DNA of 64,000 nt, from NCBI GenBank assembly GCA_021768485.1, contig JAIZVZ010000008.1, positions 8,736 to 72,735 of the forward strand, read 5' to 3'. The stretch is from Oxalobacteraceae bacterium. GTDB lineage: Bacteria; Pseudomonadota; Gammaproteobacteria; Burkholderiales; Burkholderiaceae_D. Shown one piece after another: positions 1-10,416 of this stretch; the stretch's first letter is position 1, and each line of letters opens with the position of its first letter. The notes under the pieces were generated by a model. That model worked only from the letters and a program-made list of their open reading frames with translations, made no database searches and had not been told where the DNA came from. Both the position numbers and the translations under genes were made by a program.

Positions 1-588
1 CGCGGTTGGGCGGTCGACAACATCATTATCGGCAATACCGTGCTGTACGGTGCCATCGCCGGCGAAGCGTTCTTTAACGGCGTGGCCGGCGAACGCTTTG
101 CGGTGCGCAATTCCGGCGCCACGGCCGTGGTCGAAGGCAGCGGCGACCATGGTTGCGAGTACATGACTGGCGGCACGGTCGTGGTGCTTGGCGAGACCGG
201 CCGCAATTTCGCCGCCGGCATGTCGGGCGGGATTGCCTATGTCTACGATCCGGATGGCGACTTTGCCCAGCGCTGCAATCTGGCGATGGTCGCGCTCGAT
301 CCGGTCCTGAGCAGCGCCGAACAGAGCGCCGGCAGCGATCACGCCTTGTGGCATAGCGAACAGCGCGGCGGCGCCGGCGAGACCGATGAAGTCATCCTCA
401 AGCGCCTGATCGAACGCCATTTCAAATATACCGGCAGTACCCGGGCCCGGGCTTTGCTCGATGACTGGACTGTGGGGCGCAGCAAATTCGTCAAGGTTTT
501 CCCGACCGAATACAAGCGCGCCTTGAAAGAGATGCATGATGCCGCCCTGGCCGCCAGCGCCGCCAGCGCCGACAAAATTGCAGCCTGA
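1..588 (+). CDS. gltB: glutamate synthase large subunit, C-terminal fragment (5' end lies outside the window)
   Basis: The frame is open from base 1. [39 protein letters not shown] matches the conserved GltB C-terminal domain, and gltD follows. Confidence 0.85.
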   Translation, partial: RGWAVDNIIIGNTVLYGAIAGEAFFNGVAGERFAVRNSGATAVVEGSGDHGCEYMTGGTVVVLGETGRNFAAGMSGGIAYVYDPDGDFAQRCNLAMVALDPVLSSAEQSAGSDHALWHSEQRGGAGETDEVILKRLIERHFKYTGSTRARALLDDWTVGRSKFVKVFPTEYKRALKEMHDAALAASAASADKIAA

Positions 589-624
589 TTATAAATAATA
601 TGCACACAGTGACGGATATACACC

Positions 625-2088
625 ATGGGTAAAATGACGGGTTTTATGGAATTTGCGCGGCAGGAAGAAGGTCATCTGGCGCCCGAAGTGCGGGTAAAAA
701 ATTACAAGGAGTTTGTGCTGCATCTGAGCGAACCGGAAGCGACCATTCAGGGCGCGCGCTGCATGGATTGCGGGATCCCGTTTTGCACCAGCGGCTGCCC
801 GGTCAACAACATCATCCCCGACTGGAACGATCTGGTGTATCGCGGCAATTATCGCGATGCGCTCGATACCCTGCATTCGACCAATAATTTTCCTGAATTT
901 ACCGGCCGTATCTGTCCGGCGCCGTGCGAGGCATCGTGCACGCTCGGCATCCATGAATTGCCGGTCGGGATCAAGTCGATCGAGCATTTTATTATCGACA
1001 AGGGCTGGGAAAACGGCTGGGTCGTGCCGCAAATCGCGCCAGAAAAAACCGGCAAGAAAGTGGCGGTGGTCGGCTCCGGCCCGGCCGGCCTGGCGACGGC
1101 CCAGCAATTGGCGCGCGCCGGCCACGACGTCACCGTATTCGAGAAAAACGACCGCATCGGCGGTTTGCTGCGCTATGGCATTCCCGACTTCAAGATGGAA
1201 AAATCGCATATCGACCGCCGCGTGGCCCAGATGCAGGCCGAGGGCGTGACTTTCCGCACCGGCGTTTTGGTGGGCAAGGATTTTCCGAGCAACGTCAACA
1301 ACGGCGCCAAGGAAACCATTTCGCCGGCCGAACTCGATAAATTGTTCGATGCCGTCGTCATCGCCGGCGGCGCCGAGCAGCCGCGCGATCTGCCGGTGCC
1401 GGGCCGCGAATTGAAGGGCGTTCATTTTGCGATGGATTTTCTGCCGCTGCAAAACAAGGTTAATGCCGGCGACAAGATCAAGGATCAGATCAAGGCCGCC
1501 GGCAAGCATGTGGTCGTCATCGGTGGTGGCGATACCGGCTCCGATTGCGTCGGCACCTCCAACCGCCAGGGCGCCGCATCGGTGGCGCAATTCGAACTGA
1601 TGCCGCAACCGCCGGCACAGGAAAACAAGCCGCTGGTCTGGCCTTACTGGCCGACCAAATTGCGCACCTCGTCCTCGCATGAAGAGGGCTGCGAGCGCGA
1701 CTGGGCGGTGGCCACCAAGCGTTTCGAAGGCAAGGGCGGCAAGGTCGACAAGCTGATCGCCTGCCGCGTCGAATGGAAAGACGGCAAGATGAGCGAAGTG
1801 CCGGGCTCGGAATTCGAGATGAAGGCCGACCTCGTCTTCCTGGCCATGGGTTTCGTCTCGCCGGTGTCGCAGGTGCTCGATGCCTTCGGCGTCGACAAGG
1901 ATGCGCGCGGCAATGCCAAGGCGACCACCGATGGCGTCGATTGCTACCAGACTTCGGTGCCGAAAGTGTTTGCCGCCGGCGATATGCGGCGCGGTCAGTC
2001 GCTGGTCGTCTGGGCCATTCGCGAAGGGCGCCAGTGCGCGCGCGCGGTCGACCAGTTCCTGATGGGCAGTTCGGTCTTGCCGCGATAA
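625..2088 (+). CDS. gltD: glutamate synthase small subunit (NADPH)
   Basis: 487 aa. N-terminus [10 protein letters not shown], Fe-S cysteines CMDCGIPFC and CPAPCE, dinucleotide folds [10 protein letters not shown] and [12 protein letters not shown]. Confidence 0.93.
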   Translation: MGKMTGFMEFARQEEGHLAPEVRVKNYKEFVLHLSEPEATIQGARCMDCGIPFCTSGCPVNNIIPDWNDLVYRGNYRDALDTLHSTNNFPEFTGRICPAPCEASCTLGIHELPVGIKSIEHFIIDKGWENGWVVPQIAPEKTGKKVAVVGSGPAGLATAQQLARAGHDVTVFEKNDRIGGLLRYGIPDFKMEKSHIDRRVAQMQAEGVTFRTGVLVGKDFPSNVNNGAKETISPAELDKLFDAVVIAGGAEQPRDLPVPGRELKGVHFAMDFLPLQNKVNAGDKIKDQIKAAGKHVVVIGGGDTGSDCVGTSNRQGAASVAQFELMPQPPAQENKPLVWPYWPTKLRTSSSHEEGCERDWAVATKRFEGKGGKVDKLIACRVEWKDGKMSEVPGSEFEMKADLVFLAMGFVSPVSQVLDAFGVDKDARGNAKATTDGVDCYQTSVPKVFAAGDMRRGQSLVVWAIREGRQCARAVDQFLMGSSVLPR

Positions 2089-2114
2089 CTCAGCTTACAC
2101 TGCGCACAGGAACG

Positions 2115-2151
2115 AAGGCCGGTCCGGCATTGCCGCCGCCGCGCCGGCCTT
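2115..2151. terminator. possible terminator hairpin between convergent gltD and the dgt-like gene
   Basis: AAGGCCGG (2115-2122) pairs with CCGGCCTT (2144-2151) and is followed by TGTGTTT. The loop is long, so this is weak. Confidence 0.3.
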
Positions 2152-2156
2152 TGTGT

Positions 2157-3458
2157 TTACATGCGCTCGAAGATCGATCCGCTCGACGGCGTAAACAGCT
2201 TGTGGAACAGGCGCGTGGCATATTCGTCGGTAGTGCCGGCCAGGTAATCGCAGACGATGCGCAGGTTTTTATCCTGCGCCTGATATTCGTCGTAATACCT
2301 TTTCGGCAGCAGCCGCGACGGATTGTTGGCGATCGCGTCGAACAGGCGCAAGATCATTTGCTGGCCCTTGTATTCCATGGTCTGCAGTTCCGGCGTCAGG
2401 ATCACATGCTCGAAGATGAAGTCTTTCAGGATTTGCAGTTGCCGGCCGGCGCCTTCAGTCATCTGGGCCTTGAGGTCGAATTGCGGATTTTGAAATTGGC
2501 CGCGGGCGACGATGCTGCAATTGGTCACGAAGTAATTGACGAGGCGGCTGATCGATTTTTTGCGGACCCGGTTTTTACCGGAAAACAGGTTTTCGCTGAG
2601 CGCGGCGATCTCGCCGGCCAGCGGCAGGGCCGCATGCTCGATCTGGCGGGCGACGTCTTCCTTCCATTGGCGCTCGCTGACCAGGCCCATGGCAATCGCG
2701 TCTTCGAGATCGTGCACGCCGTAAGCGATGTCGTCGGCATATTCCATGATCGACGAATCGAAGCTTTTGTGGGTGGTCTTGGCGTGCCGCGGCGGCATGC
2801 GCGGCGCCGGTGTTTCGGTCTGGCGAAATAGCGCCGCTTCGCTTGGCGACAGCGCTTGCGTGATCCATTGATAGGCCTGGGCGTCGGAATCGAAAATGCA
2901 CTTGGGCGGTTTGTAGCTGTCGATATTCGAGGGCGCACTGGCGGCATCATAGGCGCTGCGGTTGAGCGCATCGCTGTAGAGGATCGGGTATTTCAGCAAG
3001 CCGAGCAGCGAGCGGCGCGTCAGGTTCAAGCCCTTGGTGTCGGAATGCTCGCCCAGTTCGGTGCAGATGCGCAGCGTCTGGGCATTGCCTTCAAAGCCGC
3101 CGTCGTTGCGCATGGCGTAATTGAGGGCGACCTCGCCGCCGTGGCCGAACGGCGGATGGCCGATGTCGTGGGCCAGGCCGATCGTTTCGATCAGGTTTTG
3201 TTCGGGGAGTGCGCTGCGAAACTGCTCGAGCTGCGGATGCTTGCCGAGAAATTCGGTGATGCCGCCGGCAATTTGCGCCACTTCCAGCGAGTGGGTCAGA
3301 CGGGTGCGGTAGAAATCGCTCTCGCCGAGGTTTAATACTTGTGTTTTGCCTTGCAGGCGGCGAAAAAATGCAGAGTGAATCACGCGCGAGCGATCGCGGC
3401 CGTAATTATTGCGATCGCGCTCGTCGCCGAGCGCAGTTTCCATTCTGTCTTCCCACAT
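2157..3458 (-). CDS. dgt: deoxyguanosinetriphosphate triphosphohydrolase-like HD-domain protein
   Basis: 433 aa. RDRSRVIHSAFFRRLQGKTQV, HSLEVAQIAG and HDIGHPPFGHGGE are Dgt-family HD motifs. Confidence 0.85.
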   Translation of the reverse strand: MWEDRMETALGDERDRNNYGRDRSRVIHSAFFRRLQGKTQVLNLGESDFYRTRLTHSLEVAQIAGGITEFLGKHPQLEQFRSALPEQNLIETIGLAHDIGHPPFGHGGEVALNYAMRNDGGFEGNAQTLRICTELGEHSDTKGLNLTRRSLLGLLKYPILYSDALNRSAYDAASAPSNIDSYKPPKCIFDSDAQAYQWITQALSPSEAALFRQTETPAPRMPPRHAKTTHKSFDSSIMEYADDIAYGVHDLEDAIAMGLVSERQWKEDVARQIEHAALPLAGEIAALSENLFSGKNRVRKKSISRLVNYFVTNCSIVARGQFQNPQFDLKAQMTEGAGRQLQILKDFIFEHVILTPELQTMEYKGQQMILRLFDAIANNPSRLLPKRYYDEYQAQDKNLRIVCDYLAGTTDEYATRLFHKLFTPSSGSIFERM

Positions 3459-3582
3459 GATGTGCTCCGAAATCGGTATTGCCTACGCTGTCTGCCCGTT
3501 TCGCAGTGTAGCGTGACGGGGCCTGCTTGTCGCGGTGACTGTTAAAATGGCATTGTTGAATTTTTGTTGAAATTTAAAAAGT

Positions 3583-3843
3583 ATGGCCATTACCATTTCC
3601 AACGAAGCACGCACCGAAGTCATATCTTCCATGCAACGGTATTTTGCCGAGAATATGGATGAGCCCTTGGGCAATCTCGCGGCCGATTCTTTGCTGATTT
3701 TCATTTTGGCCGAAATTGGCCCCTTGATTTATAACAAGGCCGTCAACGATGTCCAGGATAACTTGCAATCTCGTATATCTGAACTCGATATCGAGGTCCA
3801 TGAGGCTGAATTCCAGTATTGGCGCGCGCGCAAGCCGAAATAA
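3583..3843 (+). CDS. small conserved protein, DUF2164-like
   Basis: 86 aa. The overall sequence (MAITISNEARTEVISSMQRYFAENMDEPLGNLAA...) resembles the DUF2164 family, recognised by eye. Confidence 0.55.
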   Translation: MAITISNEARTEVISSMQRYFAENMDEPLGNLAADSLLIFILAEIGPLIYNKAVNDVQDNLQSRISELDIEVHEAEFQYWRARKPK

Positions 3844-4154
3844 GACTGCAACAAGGCCGCGAATGCTTCTTGCGCCTGCCATGCGCGATGGTCTGTTTCG
3901 TCATATTTATCGTTGTAATACTTATATTTGTAACACTTATGTAACACCTATAGAGAACATTTATAGGTAGTATTTATAGATAACATTTGTCGATGAGGTG
4001 TGGGGCGCGAGTGCAAGGTCGGCCGCCTTATTTGCTAATTGCCTCAACTAGACTTAAAATATCTGACTCCCGGTTCATTAAAGGTGTATTCTTGTGTCTG
4101 GAAAACTGGCAGTCATTGCCTGCAGATCAAGGACTGGCCTTTCTGAACTACAAT

Positions 4155-4985
4155 ATGACATTGCATGATTCGAGTACATTCTTGACCAATCTCGTCGAAA
4201 TTCGCGATTTAAAATTCAGCTATGGAGAGCGGACGATCTTATCGGGCCTCCGCATGGATTTTCCGCGCCGTAAAGTCGTGGCTGTCATGGGCGGCTCCGG
4301 CTCTGGCAAGACGACAATTTTGCGTTTGATCGGCGGGCAGTTGAAGGCCCAGGGCGGTTCGATCAAGGTCGACGGCCAGGAAATTGCCACGATGTCTACC
4401 GACGCCTTGTACCAGACGCGGCGCAAGATGGGCATGTTGTTCCAGCACGGGGCCTTGTTTACCGATCTGTCGGTGTTCGACAACGTGGCCTTTCCACTGC
4501 GCGAGCATAGCGATTTGCCGGAAACGCTGATTCACGATCTGGTCTTGATGAAACTGCAAGCGGTCGGCCTGCGTAACGCGGCCGAACTGAAGCCGGCCGA
4601 GATTTCGGGCGGCATGGCGCGCCGCGTCGCGCTGGCCCGCGCCATCGCACTCGATCCGCAATTGATCATGTATGACGAGCCGTTTGCCGGCCTCGACCCG
4701 ATTTCGATGGGGGTGACGGCCAACCTGATCCGTCAGCTCAATGATGCGCTCGGTTCGACCTCGATTCTGGTGTCGCACGATGTGCACGAATCGTTTTCTA
4801 TCGCCGATTACGTTTATTTCTTGTCGCAAGGTAAGATCGTTGCCGAAGGCACGCCGGCGCAGATGGCGGCCTCGACTGATCCTTATGTGAAACAGTTCGT
4901 CAATGCCGAGGCCGATGGCCCGGTCCCCTTCCACTATCCCGGCAAAACATTGCAAGACGATTTGGGTTTGGGGGCGGCCGCATGA
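4155..4985 (+). CDS. mlaF: phospholipid ABC transporter ATP-binding protein MlaF
   Basis: Walker [10 protein letters not shown], signature [13 protein letters not shown], Walker B IMYDEP. I chose the internal ATG at 4155 because the upstream part of the ORF has no ABC similarity. Confidence 0.9.
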   Translation: MTLHDSSTFLTNLVEIRDLKFSYGERTILSGLRMDFPRRKVVAVMGGSGSGKTTILRLIGGQLKAQGGSIKVDGQEIATMSTDALYQTRRKMGMLFQHGALFTDLSVFDNVAFPLREHSDLPETLIHDLVLMKLQAVGLRNAAELKPAEISGGMARRVALARAIALDPQLIMYDEPFAGLDPISMGVTANLIRQLNDALGSTSILVSHDVHESFSIADYVYFLSQGKIVAEGTPAQMAASTDPYVKQFVNAEADGPVPFHYPGKTLQDDLGLGAAA

Positions 4986-5764
4986 TTCTCGACTTTTTTT
5001 CCTGCATCGGCGGCTGGGTCCGCGAATTCCTGGCCCGCCTCGGTTATACGGCGGCCGCGTTTTGCACCATCTTGCGCGCCTGTGGCGGTTTGTGGCGCCG
5101 GCCGCGCCTGGTGACCGACCAGATTCATTTTATTGGTAATTATTCGCTGGTTATTATTGCGGTATCGGGCCTTTTTGTTGGTTTTGTGCTCGGTTTGCAG
5201 GGATATTACACGCTAAATAAATATGGTTCGGAGCAGGCGCTCGGTATGCTGGTAGCCTTGTCGCTGACGCGTGAACTGGGGCCGGTGGTAACGGCTTTGC
5301 TGTTTGCCGGACGTGCCGGCACCTCGCTGACCGCGGAAATCGGCTTGATGAAGGCTGGCGAGCAATTGGCGGCGATGGAAATGATGGCCGTCAATCCGAT
5401 TGCCCGTGTGCTGGCCCCGCGCTTTCTGGCCGGCGTGATCGCCATGCCGGTGCTGGCGGCCATTTTCAGCGCCGTCGGCATTTTTGGCGGCTATATCGTC
5501 GGGGTCGAACTGATCGGTGTCGACAACGGTGGCTTTTGGTCGCAGATGCAGGGCGGCGTCGATTTTTGGGCCGATATCGTCAATGGCGTCATCAAAAGTG
5601 TCATCTTTGGTTTTGCCGTCACTTTCATCGCTTTGTTTCAGGGCTATGAGGCGCAACCGACACCGGAAGGTGTCGCCCGGGCAACTACCCGGACCGTGGT
5701 CATTGCTTCGCTGATGGTGTTGTGGCTCGATTTCATGATGACAGCATTGATGTTCAATAAATAA
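4982..5764 (+). CDS. mlaE: phospholipid ABC transporter permease MlaE
   Basis: 260 aa polytopic membrane protein. Its start overlaps the mlaF stop by 4 nt, and the gene order is that of mla operons. Confidence 0.9.
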   Translation: MILDFFSCIGGWVREFLARLGYTAAAFCTILRACGGLWRRPRLVTDQIHFIGNYSLVIIAVSGLFVGFVLGLQGYYTLNKYGSEQALGMLVALSLTRELGPVVTALLFAGRAGTSLTAEIGLMKAGEQLAAMEMMAVNPIARVLAPRFLAGVIAMPVLAAIFSAVGIFGGYIVGVELIGVDNGGFWSQMQGGVDFWADIVNGVIKSVIFGFAVTFIALFQGYEAQPTPEGVARATTRTVVIASLMVLWLDFMMTALMFNK

Positions 5765-5861
5765 TCGATAATGCGTAAAGTGCGGCAAAGCGCGTGCCTG
5801 CCAAATTGAAATAAAATCAAAAAACAGGACACCGCGCGCGCTGCTGTCGTGATAATTAGGA

Positions 5862-6344
5862 ATGAATATGCAACGTAAATCTCTGGATGTATGGGTTGGT
5901 CTGTTTGTCGTGCTCGGCGCCGCAGCCTTGATGTTTTTGGCGCTCAAGGCCGGCAATATGAGCTCGATGTCGTTTGGCGGGCATACTTATGCAGTGATTA
6001 CCAAATTCGACAATATCGGCGGCTTGAAACCACAGGCTCCGGTCAAGAGCGCCGGCGTGGTCGTCGGTCGCGTCGACGACATCAAGTTTGACGACAAGAG
6101 TTTTCAGGCCATGGTGACGCTCAATATGGATGAACGTTACAAATTTCCCAAAGATAGCTCGGCAAAAATTCTGACGGCCGGTTTGCTCGGCGAACAATAT
6201 ATTGGTATCGAACCAGGTGGCGATACGAACAACCTGGTCAGCGGCGATAAAATCAAGATGACCCAGTCGGCCGTCGTCCTCGAGAATTTGATCAGTCAAT
6301 TTCTCTATAGCAAGGCAGCCGATGGAAAGGATGCGCCGAAATGA
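5862..6344 (+). CDS. mlaD: outer membrane lipid asymmetry protein MlaD (MCE domain)
   Basis: 160 aa. N-terminal anchor VWVGLFVVLGAAALMFLAL followed by an MCE-like region. Confidence 0.85.
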   Translation: MNMQRKSLDVWVGLFVVLGAAALMFLALKAGNMSSMSFGGHTYAVITKFDNIGGLKPQAPVKSAGVVVGRVDDIKFDDKSFQAMVTLNMDERYKFPKDSSAKILTAGLLGEQYIGIEPGGDTNNLVSGDKIKMTQSAVVLENLISQFLYSKAADGKDAPK

Positions 6345-7333
6345 CGTTTACTTTTCGTGGCCTCGCGCGGCCGTTCCTGCTGGCGCTGGTTTTGGTGGCG
6401 AGCGTGAGCGGCTGCGCGACCAGCTCTACGCCCGGCGATCCGCTCGAGCATTTCAACCGCGCCATGTTCAACTTTAACGACAAGATCGACCAGGTTGCCT
6501 TGAAACCGACGGCGAGCTTTTATCAGCGCGTGACGCCGACGGTGATACAGACAGGGATCAGCAACTTTTTCGGCAATCTCGGCGATGTCTGGACCGCAAT
6601 TAACAATCTGTTGCAAGGCAAGGGCGCCGATGGCATGTCGGACGTGATGCGGGTGGCGCTCAATTCGACCTTCGGCCTTGGCGGCATACTCGATATCGCA
6701 TCCGAAGCGGGTCTGGCCAAGCACAATGAAGATTTCGGCCAGACGCTGGGCACCTGGGGCGTCAAAGGCGGCCCGTATGTCGTCCTGCCTGGCTTCGGCT
6801 CGTATACCTTGCGCGACGCGATCGTGCTGCCGCTCGATTGGTTAGCCGATCCGTGGGGATACAAGAAGCCGGTGTATGTCCGCAATACCGGTATCGCGGT
6901 CCGCCTGGTCGACCAGCGCGCCAGTGTGCTTGAGGCTTCGCGCATGATCGAAGAGGCCGCGCTCGATAAATACGAATTCATCCGCGATGCCTATTTGCAG
7001 CGGCGCGAGAGCAAGATCAACGATGGCCGCGACAACCGCGACAATCCGCCGCAGACTCAGGTACAGCCGCAGCTGCAGGATCAGGCTGCAGCCAAGCTCG
7101 ACGGCGAGCAACCGCCGGCTGACAAGGCGGCGCCAGAGGTCGATAAAGCGGATAAAGCAGGCGCCGCGCAAGCGGCTACCGCCCCGGCGCCCGAGCCGGC
7201 CAAGGCGACGGAAGCCGGCAAAACGCCTGCCGCGGACGCTGACAGCACGCCGGCGCCAGACAAGACGGCCGCGCCGGCGGTCGACAGCGCCGAGCCGGCC
7301 AAGGCTTTGCCGGCCGCCGATGCAAAGAAATAA
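6341..7333 (+). CDS. mlaA: MlaA/VacJ family lipoprotein with a long Ala/Pro/Lys/Asp-rich C-terminal tail
   Basis: Lipobox VSGCATS, VacJ motifs DPLEHFNRAMFNFND and GPYVVLPGFG. About 100 residues of low complexity follow. Confidence 0.85.
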   Translation: MTFTFRGLARPFLLALVLVASVSGCATSSTPGDPLEHFNRAMFNFNDKIDQVALKPTASFYQRVTPTVIQTGISNFFGNLGDVWTAINNLLQGKGADGMSDVMRVALNSTFGLGGILDIASEAGLAKHNEDFGQTLGTWGVKGGPYVVLPGFGSYTLRDAIVLPLDWLADPWGYKKPVYVRNTGIAVRLVDQRASVLEASRMIEEAALDKYEFIRDAYLQRRESKINDGRDNRDNPPQTQVQPQLQDQAAAKLDGEQPPADKAAPEVDKADKAGAAQAATAPAPEPAKATEAGKTPAADADSTPAPDKTAAPAVDSAEPAKALPAADAKK

Positions 7334-7450
7334 CAGGATGATGCGCGACACCGGTTTTGACGGCGGCAACGAAGATTGCCAGGAAAGCAGCAAGCGCGGT
7401 AGTACAATGTGACTTGGCTAAACCCCAATACTTTACAGATAATTGAAACC

Positions 7451-8101
7451 ATGAAGATCTCTACTAAATTAATCACCACGCTATTCGCTGGCTTGATGCT
7501 GGCGTGCAATGCTATTGTCGCCTCGGCCGCTCCGGTCGCTGAAGCGCCCGATGCCCTTGTCAAGCGCATCAGCCTGGACGTCATCGATACCGTGAAAGCC
7601 GATAAGGAAATCCAGTCCGGCAATCAAAAGCGCGTGTTCGAGCTGGTGGAATCCAAAATCCTGCCTTTTGTTGATTCGCAACGCATGACGTCGCTGGCCG
7701 CCGGCCGTTTTTGGCGTGAAGCCTCGCCTGAACAGCAAAAGCAACTGGTGACTGAATTTCGCAATCTTTTGATTTACACCTATTCCGGTGCCTTGTCGTC
7801 GATTCGCGATCAAAAAGTCGATTTCAAACCGCTGCGCGCCAGCCCCGGCGATACCGAAGTCGAAGTGCGTTCGCAAGTGATCCAGCCACGCGGCGAACCG
7901 ATCCAGCTTAACTACCGCATGGAAAAAGTTGGCAATGGCTGGAAGATTTACGATATCAATGTGCTTGGTGCCTGGCTGGTTGAAACATATAAAGGCAATT
8001 TTGCCGCTGAAATCGGCCGTTCCGGCATCGATGGCCTGATCAAGGCGCTGGCTGAAAAAAACCAGAAACTGGCCAGCCGTCCGGCGGCTCGCGCCAAATA
8101 A
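7451..8101 (+). CDS. mlaC: phospholipid-binding periplasmic protein MlaC (Ttg2D family)
   Basis: Signal peptide MKISTKLITTLFAGLMLACNAIVASA, Ttg2D-like body, and its position in the mla operon. Confidence 0.85.
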   Translation: MKISTKLITTLFAGLMLACNAIVASAAPVAEAPDALVKRISLDVIDTVKADKEIQSGNQKRVFELVESKILPFVDSQRMTSLAAGRFWREASPEQQKQLVTEFRNLLIYTYSGALSSIRDQKVDFKPLRASPGDTEVEVRSQVIQPRGEPIQLNYRMEKVGNGWKIYDINVLGAWLVETYKGNFAAEIGRSGIDGLIKALAEKNQKLASRPAARAK

Positions 8102-8117
8102 AGCGATCGGGCACGTT

Positions 8118-8390
8118 TTGACTTTCACTCTCAGTCCTACCGTCACCTTCGCCAACGCCGCCACGGTGTTGGCGCAAGGCTTGACTGCGCTTGCAGCCGG
8201 ACAGACCACGCTTGATCTGGCGCCCTTGACCGACGTCGATTCGAGCATGGTCGCGGTCTTGCTGGCATGGGAACGCGCCGCCCGGCAGCGCGGCGCCAGC
8301 CTCGTGTTACAAAATATTCCTGAAAAATTGCACAGCCTGGCCGGTGTCTACGGCATCGCCGATTTGCTGCTCGCACCACACCGACATTGA
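8118..8390 (+). CDS. mlaB: STAS-domain protein MlaB (TTG start)
   Basis: 90 aa, last gene of the mla cluster. The DLAPLTDVDSSMVAVLLAW pattern is STAS-like. Confidence 0.7.
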   Translation: MTFTLSPTVTFANAATVLAQGLTALAAGQTTLDLAPLTDVDSSMVAVLLAWERAARQRGASLVLQNIPEKLHSLAGVYGIADLLLAPHRH

Positions 8391-8611
8391 TCCTGCTGCG
8401 GGTCTGAAGGCGGGCGCCTGGCGTCGGCCGTCACTGCCGGGCCCGGGCCATCGGTCCCGGGCGGGCAAAAATCCCCGATCCCCGGGAGCGGTAAAAATCC
8501 CCTATAATCAACGGTTTTTGCCATATTGCATCGTGCCTGCCAAGCGGCTCCCCTTTGATTTTCGTGTTTTAATTCTGACCGCTGTCACCATCCATCGATA
8601 TAGAAGTGAGT

Positions 8612-9550
8612 ATGACTGCCATCCAGATCCGCAATGTCGAAAAAAGCTATAAATCGCTCAAGGCATTGAACCAGGTTTCGCTCGATATCGAGCAAGGCGA
8701 ATTTTTCGGTTTGCTAGGCCCTAACGGTGCCGGCAAGACCACGTTGATTTCGATTATCTCCGGCCTGATCCGCGCCGATGCCGGCAGCGTGACCGTGCAT
8801 GGCCACGACGTCCAGCATGATTACCGCGCGGCCCGCCGCTTGCTCGGCGTCGTGCCGCAAGAGCTGGTGTTCGACCCATTTTTCACGGTGCGCGAAACGC
8901 TGCGCCTGCAATCGGGCTATTTCGGTTTGTCCGGTAACGATGACTGGATCGATGAAGTGATGGCCAATCTCGACCTGACCGGCAAGGCCGATACCAATAT
9001 GCGCGCGCTGTCGGGCGGCATGAAGCGCCGGGTGCTGGTGGCCCAGGCCCTCGTGCACAAACCGCCCGTCATCGTGCTCGACGAACCGACCGCCGGCGTC
9101 GACGTCGAATTGCGCCAGACATTGTGGAAATTCATCGCCCGCCTGAACCGCGAAGGCCATACGGTGGTGCTGACCACCCATTACCTCGAAGAAGCGCAAG
9201 CGCTGTGCAAACGCGTGGCCATGCTCAAGAGCGGCCAGATCGTCGCCCTCGATACGATGCGCGCGCTGATCGGCCGCATCTCGGGTTCGCAATTGGTGCT
9301 GAGCTTTAAGCACGGGGCCTTGCCGGCGGCGCTGGCGCCCTTGCTGTTGCCGGCGCAGATGCCCGCGCAGGTCTCAGCTTCCGGCCCGGCGCCGGCCAAT
9401 AAATATACCCTGCGCGTGACCGAATACGCGCAAGTCGAGCAAATCTTGCGGCAGGTGCGCGAGAGCGGCGCCGTGATCGATGAAATGCAATTGCAACAGG
9501 CCGATCTGGAAGACGTCTTCTTGCAGATCATGGGTGGAGGATTCAAATGA
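8612..9550 (+). CDS. ABC transporter ATP-binding protein (ABC-2 exporter type)
   Basis: Walker A GPNGAGKTT, signature SGGMKRRVLVAQA, Walker B IVLDEPTAG. A GTG at 8606 is an alternative start. Confidence 0.85.
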   Translation: MTAIQIRNVEKSYKSLKALNQVSLDIEQGEFFGLLGPNGAGKTTLISIISGLIRADAGSVTVHGHDVQHDYRAARRLLGVVPQELVFDPFFTVRETLRLQSGYFGLSGNDDWIDEVMANLDLTGKADTNMRALSGGMKRRVLVAQALVHKPPVIVLDEPTAGVDVELRQTLWKFIARLNREGHTVVLTTHYLEEAQALCKRVAMLKSGQIVALDTMRALIGRISGSQLVLSFKHGALPAALAPLLLPAQMPAQVSASGPAPANKYTLRVTEYAQVEQILRQVRESGAVIDEMQLQQADLEDVFLQIMGGGFK

Positions 9551-10332
9551 GGAGCAATACCGGCTTGAACCTGTTTTCCAAGGGTTTTCAGACCCTGCTG
9601 TACAAGGAGACGCTGCGCTTTTGGAAGGTCGCCACGCAAACGGTCGCCGCCCCCATTCTGACGGCCCTGCTGTATCTGCTCATCTTCGGCCATGTACTCG
9701 AAGACCATGTGCAAGTCTATCCGGGGGTGCGCTATACGGCCTTTCTGGTGCCGGGCCTGGTGATGATGAGCGTGCTGCAAAATGCCTTTGCCAACTCCTC
9801 ATCGTCGTTGATCCAGTCTAAAATAACCGGCAATCTGGTGTTTGTGCTGCTGACCCCCTTGTCGCACTGGGAGATTTTTTCTGCCTACGTGCTGGCCTCG
9901 GTGGTGCGCGGCGTGGCCGTCGGCAGCGGGGTCTTCCTGGCCACTGCCTGGTTTGCCCATCTGAGCTTTGTGGCGCCCTGGTGGATCGTCATTTTTGCCG
10001 TGCTGGGCGCGGCCATGCTGGGCACAATGGGCTTGATCGCCGGTATCTGGGCCGAGAAATTCGACCAGCTGGCCGCCTTTCAGAATTTCCTGATCATGCC
10101 GGCGACCTTTTTATCGGGAGTTTTCTACTCGCTCCATTCATTACCGCCTTTTTGGCTGACGGTCTCGCATTTCAATCCGTTTTTTTATATGATAGATGGC
10201 TTTCGCTATGGATTTTTTGGTCAGTCAGACGTCGATCCGCTGCTGAGCGTGACGATTGTGGCGGGTTTTTTCGTCATTTTGGCGGCAATTGCGGTGCGCC
10301 TGGTGGGCAGCGGTTACAAGCTGCGCCATTAA
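9547..10332 (+). CDS. ABC-2 type transporter permease
   Basis: 261 aa with six hydrophobic segments. Its start overlaps the stop of the preceding ATPase gene by 4 nt. Confidence 0.85.
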   Translation: MRSNTGLNLFSKGFQTLLYKETLRFWKVATQTVAAPILTALLYLLIFGHVLEDHVQVYPGVRYTAFLVPGLVMMSVLQNAFANSSSSLIQSKITGNLVFVLLTPLSHWEIFSAYVLASVVRGVAVGSGVFLATAWFAHLSFVAPWWIVIFAVLGAAMLGTMGLIAGIWAEKFDQLAAFQNFLIMPATFLSGVFYSLHSLPPFWLTVSHFNPFFYMIDGFRYGFFGQSDVDPLLSVTIVAGFFVILAAIAVRLVGSGYKLRH

Positions 10333-10416
10333 TATGCCAATAAGGTACCGATAAGGTGCAAATAAGCTGACAGCCCTGCGGGCCTCATACTCATACACTT
10401 TGCTACGAGGATTATC

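Noticed and set aside
589-1680. 363-aa ORF antisense to gltD
   Set aside because: It lies entirely opposite the strongly supported gltD. Its composition is Arg/Ala/Gly-rich, it has no recognisable motifs, and it is the kind of long antisense ORF expected in GC-rich DNA.
1773-2831. 352-aa plus-strand ORF spanning the gltD 3' end and running antisense to the dgt-like gene
   Set aside because: It overlaps two well-supported genes, has no recognisable motifs, and is Arg/Gly/Ala-rich.
4107-4119. Sigma-54-like TGGCAG-N-TTGC upstream of mlaF
   Set aside because: The GG-to-GC distance is 10 instead of 12, so the spacing is incompatible with sigma-54.
3987-4154. N-terminal 56-aa extension of the mlaF ORF
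   Set aside because: The extension has no ABC similarity and lies in the AT-rich promoter-like spacer. The ATG at 4155 gives a normal-length MlaF.
8503-8508. Perfect TATAAT hexamer upstream of the ABC-2 exporter genes
   Set aside because: There is no acceptable -35 element or extended -10 TG at the right spacing. I could not support it as a promoter from sequence alone.
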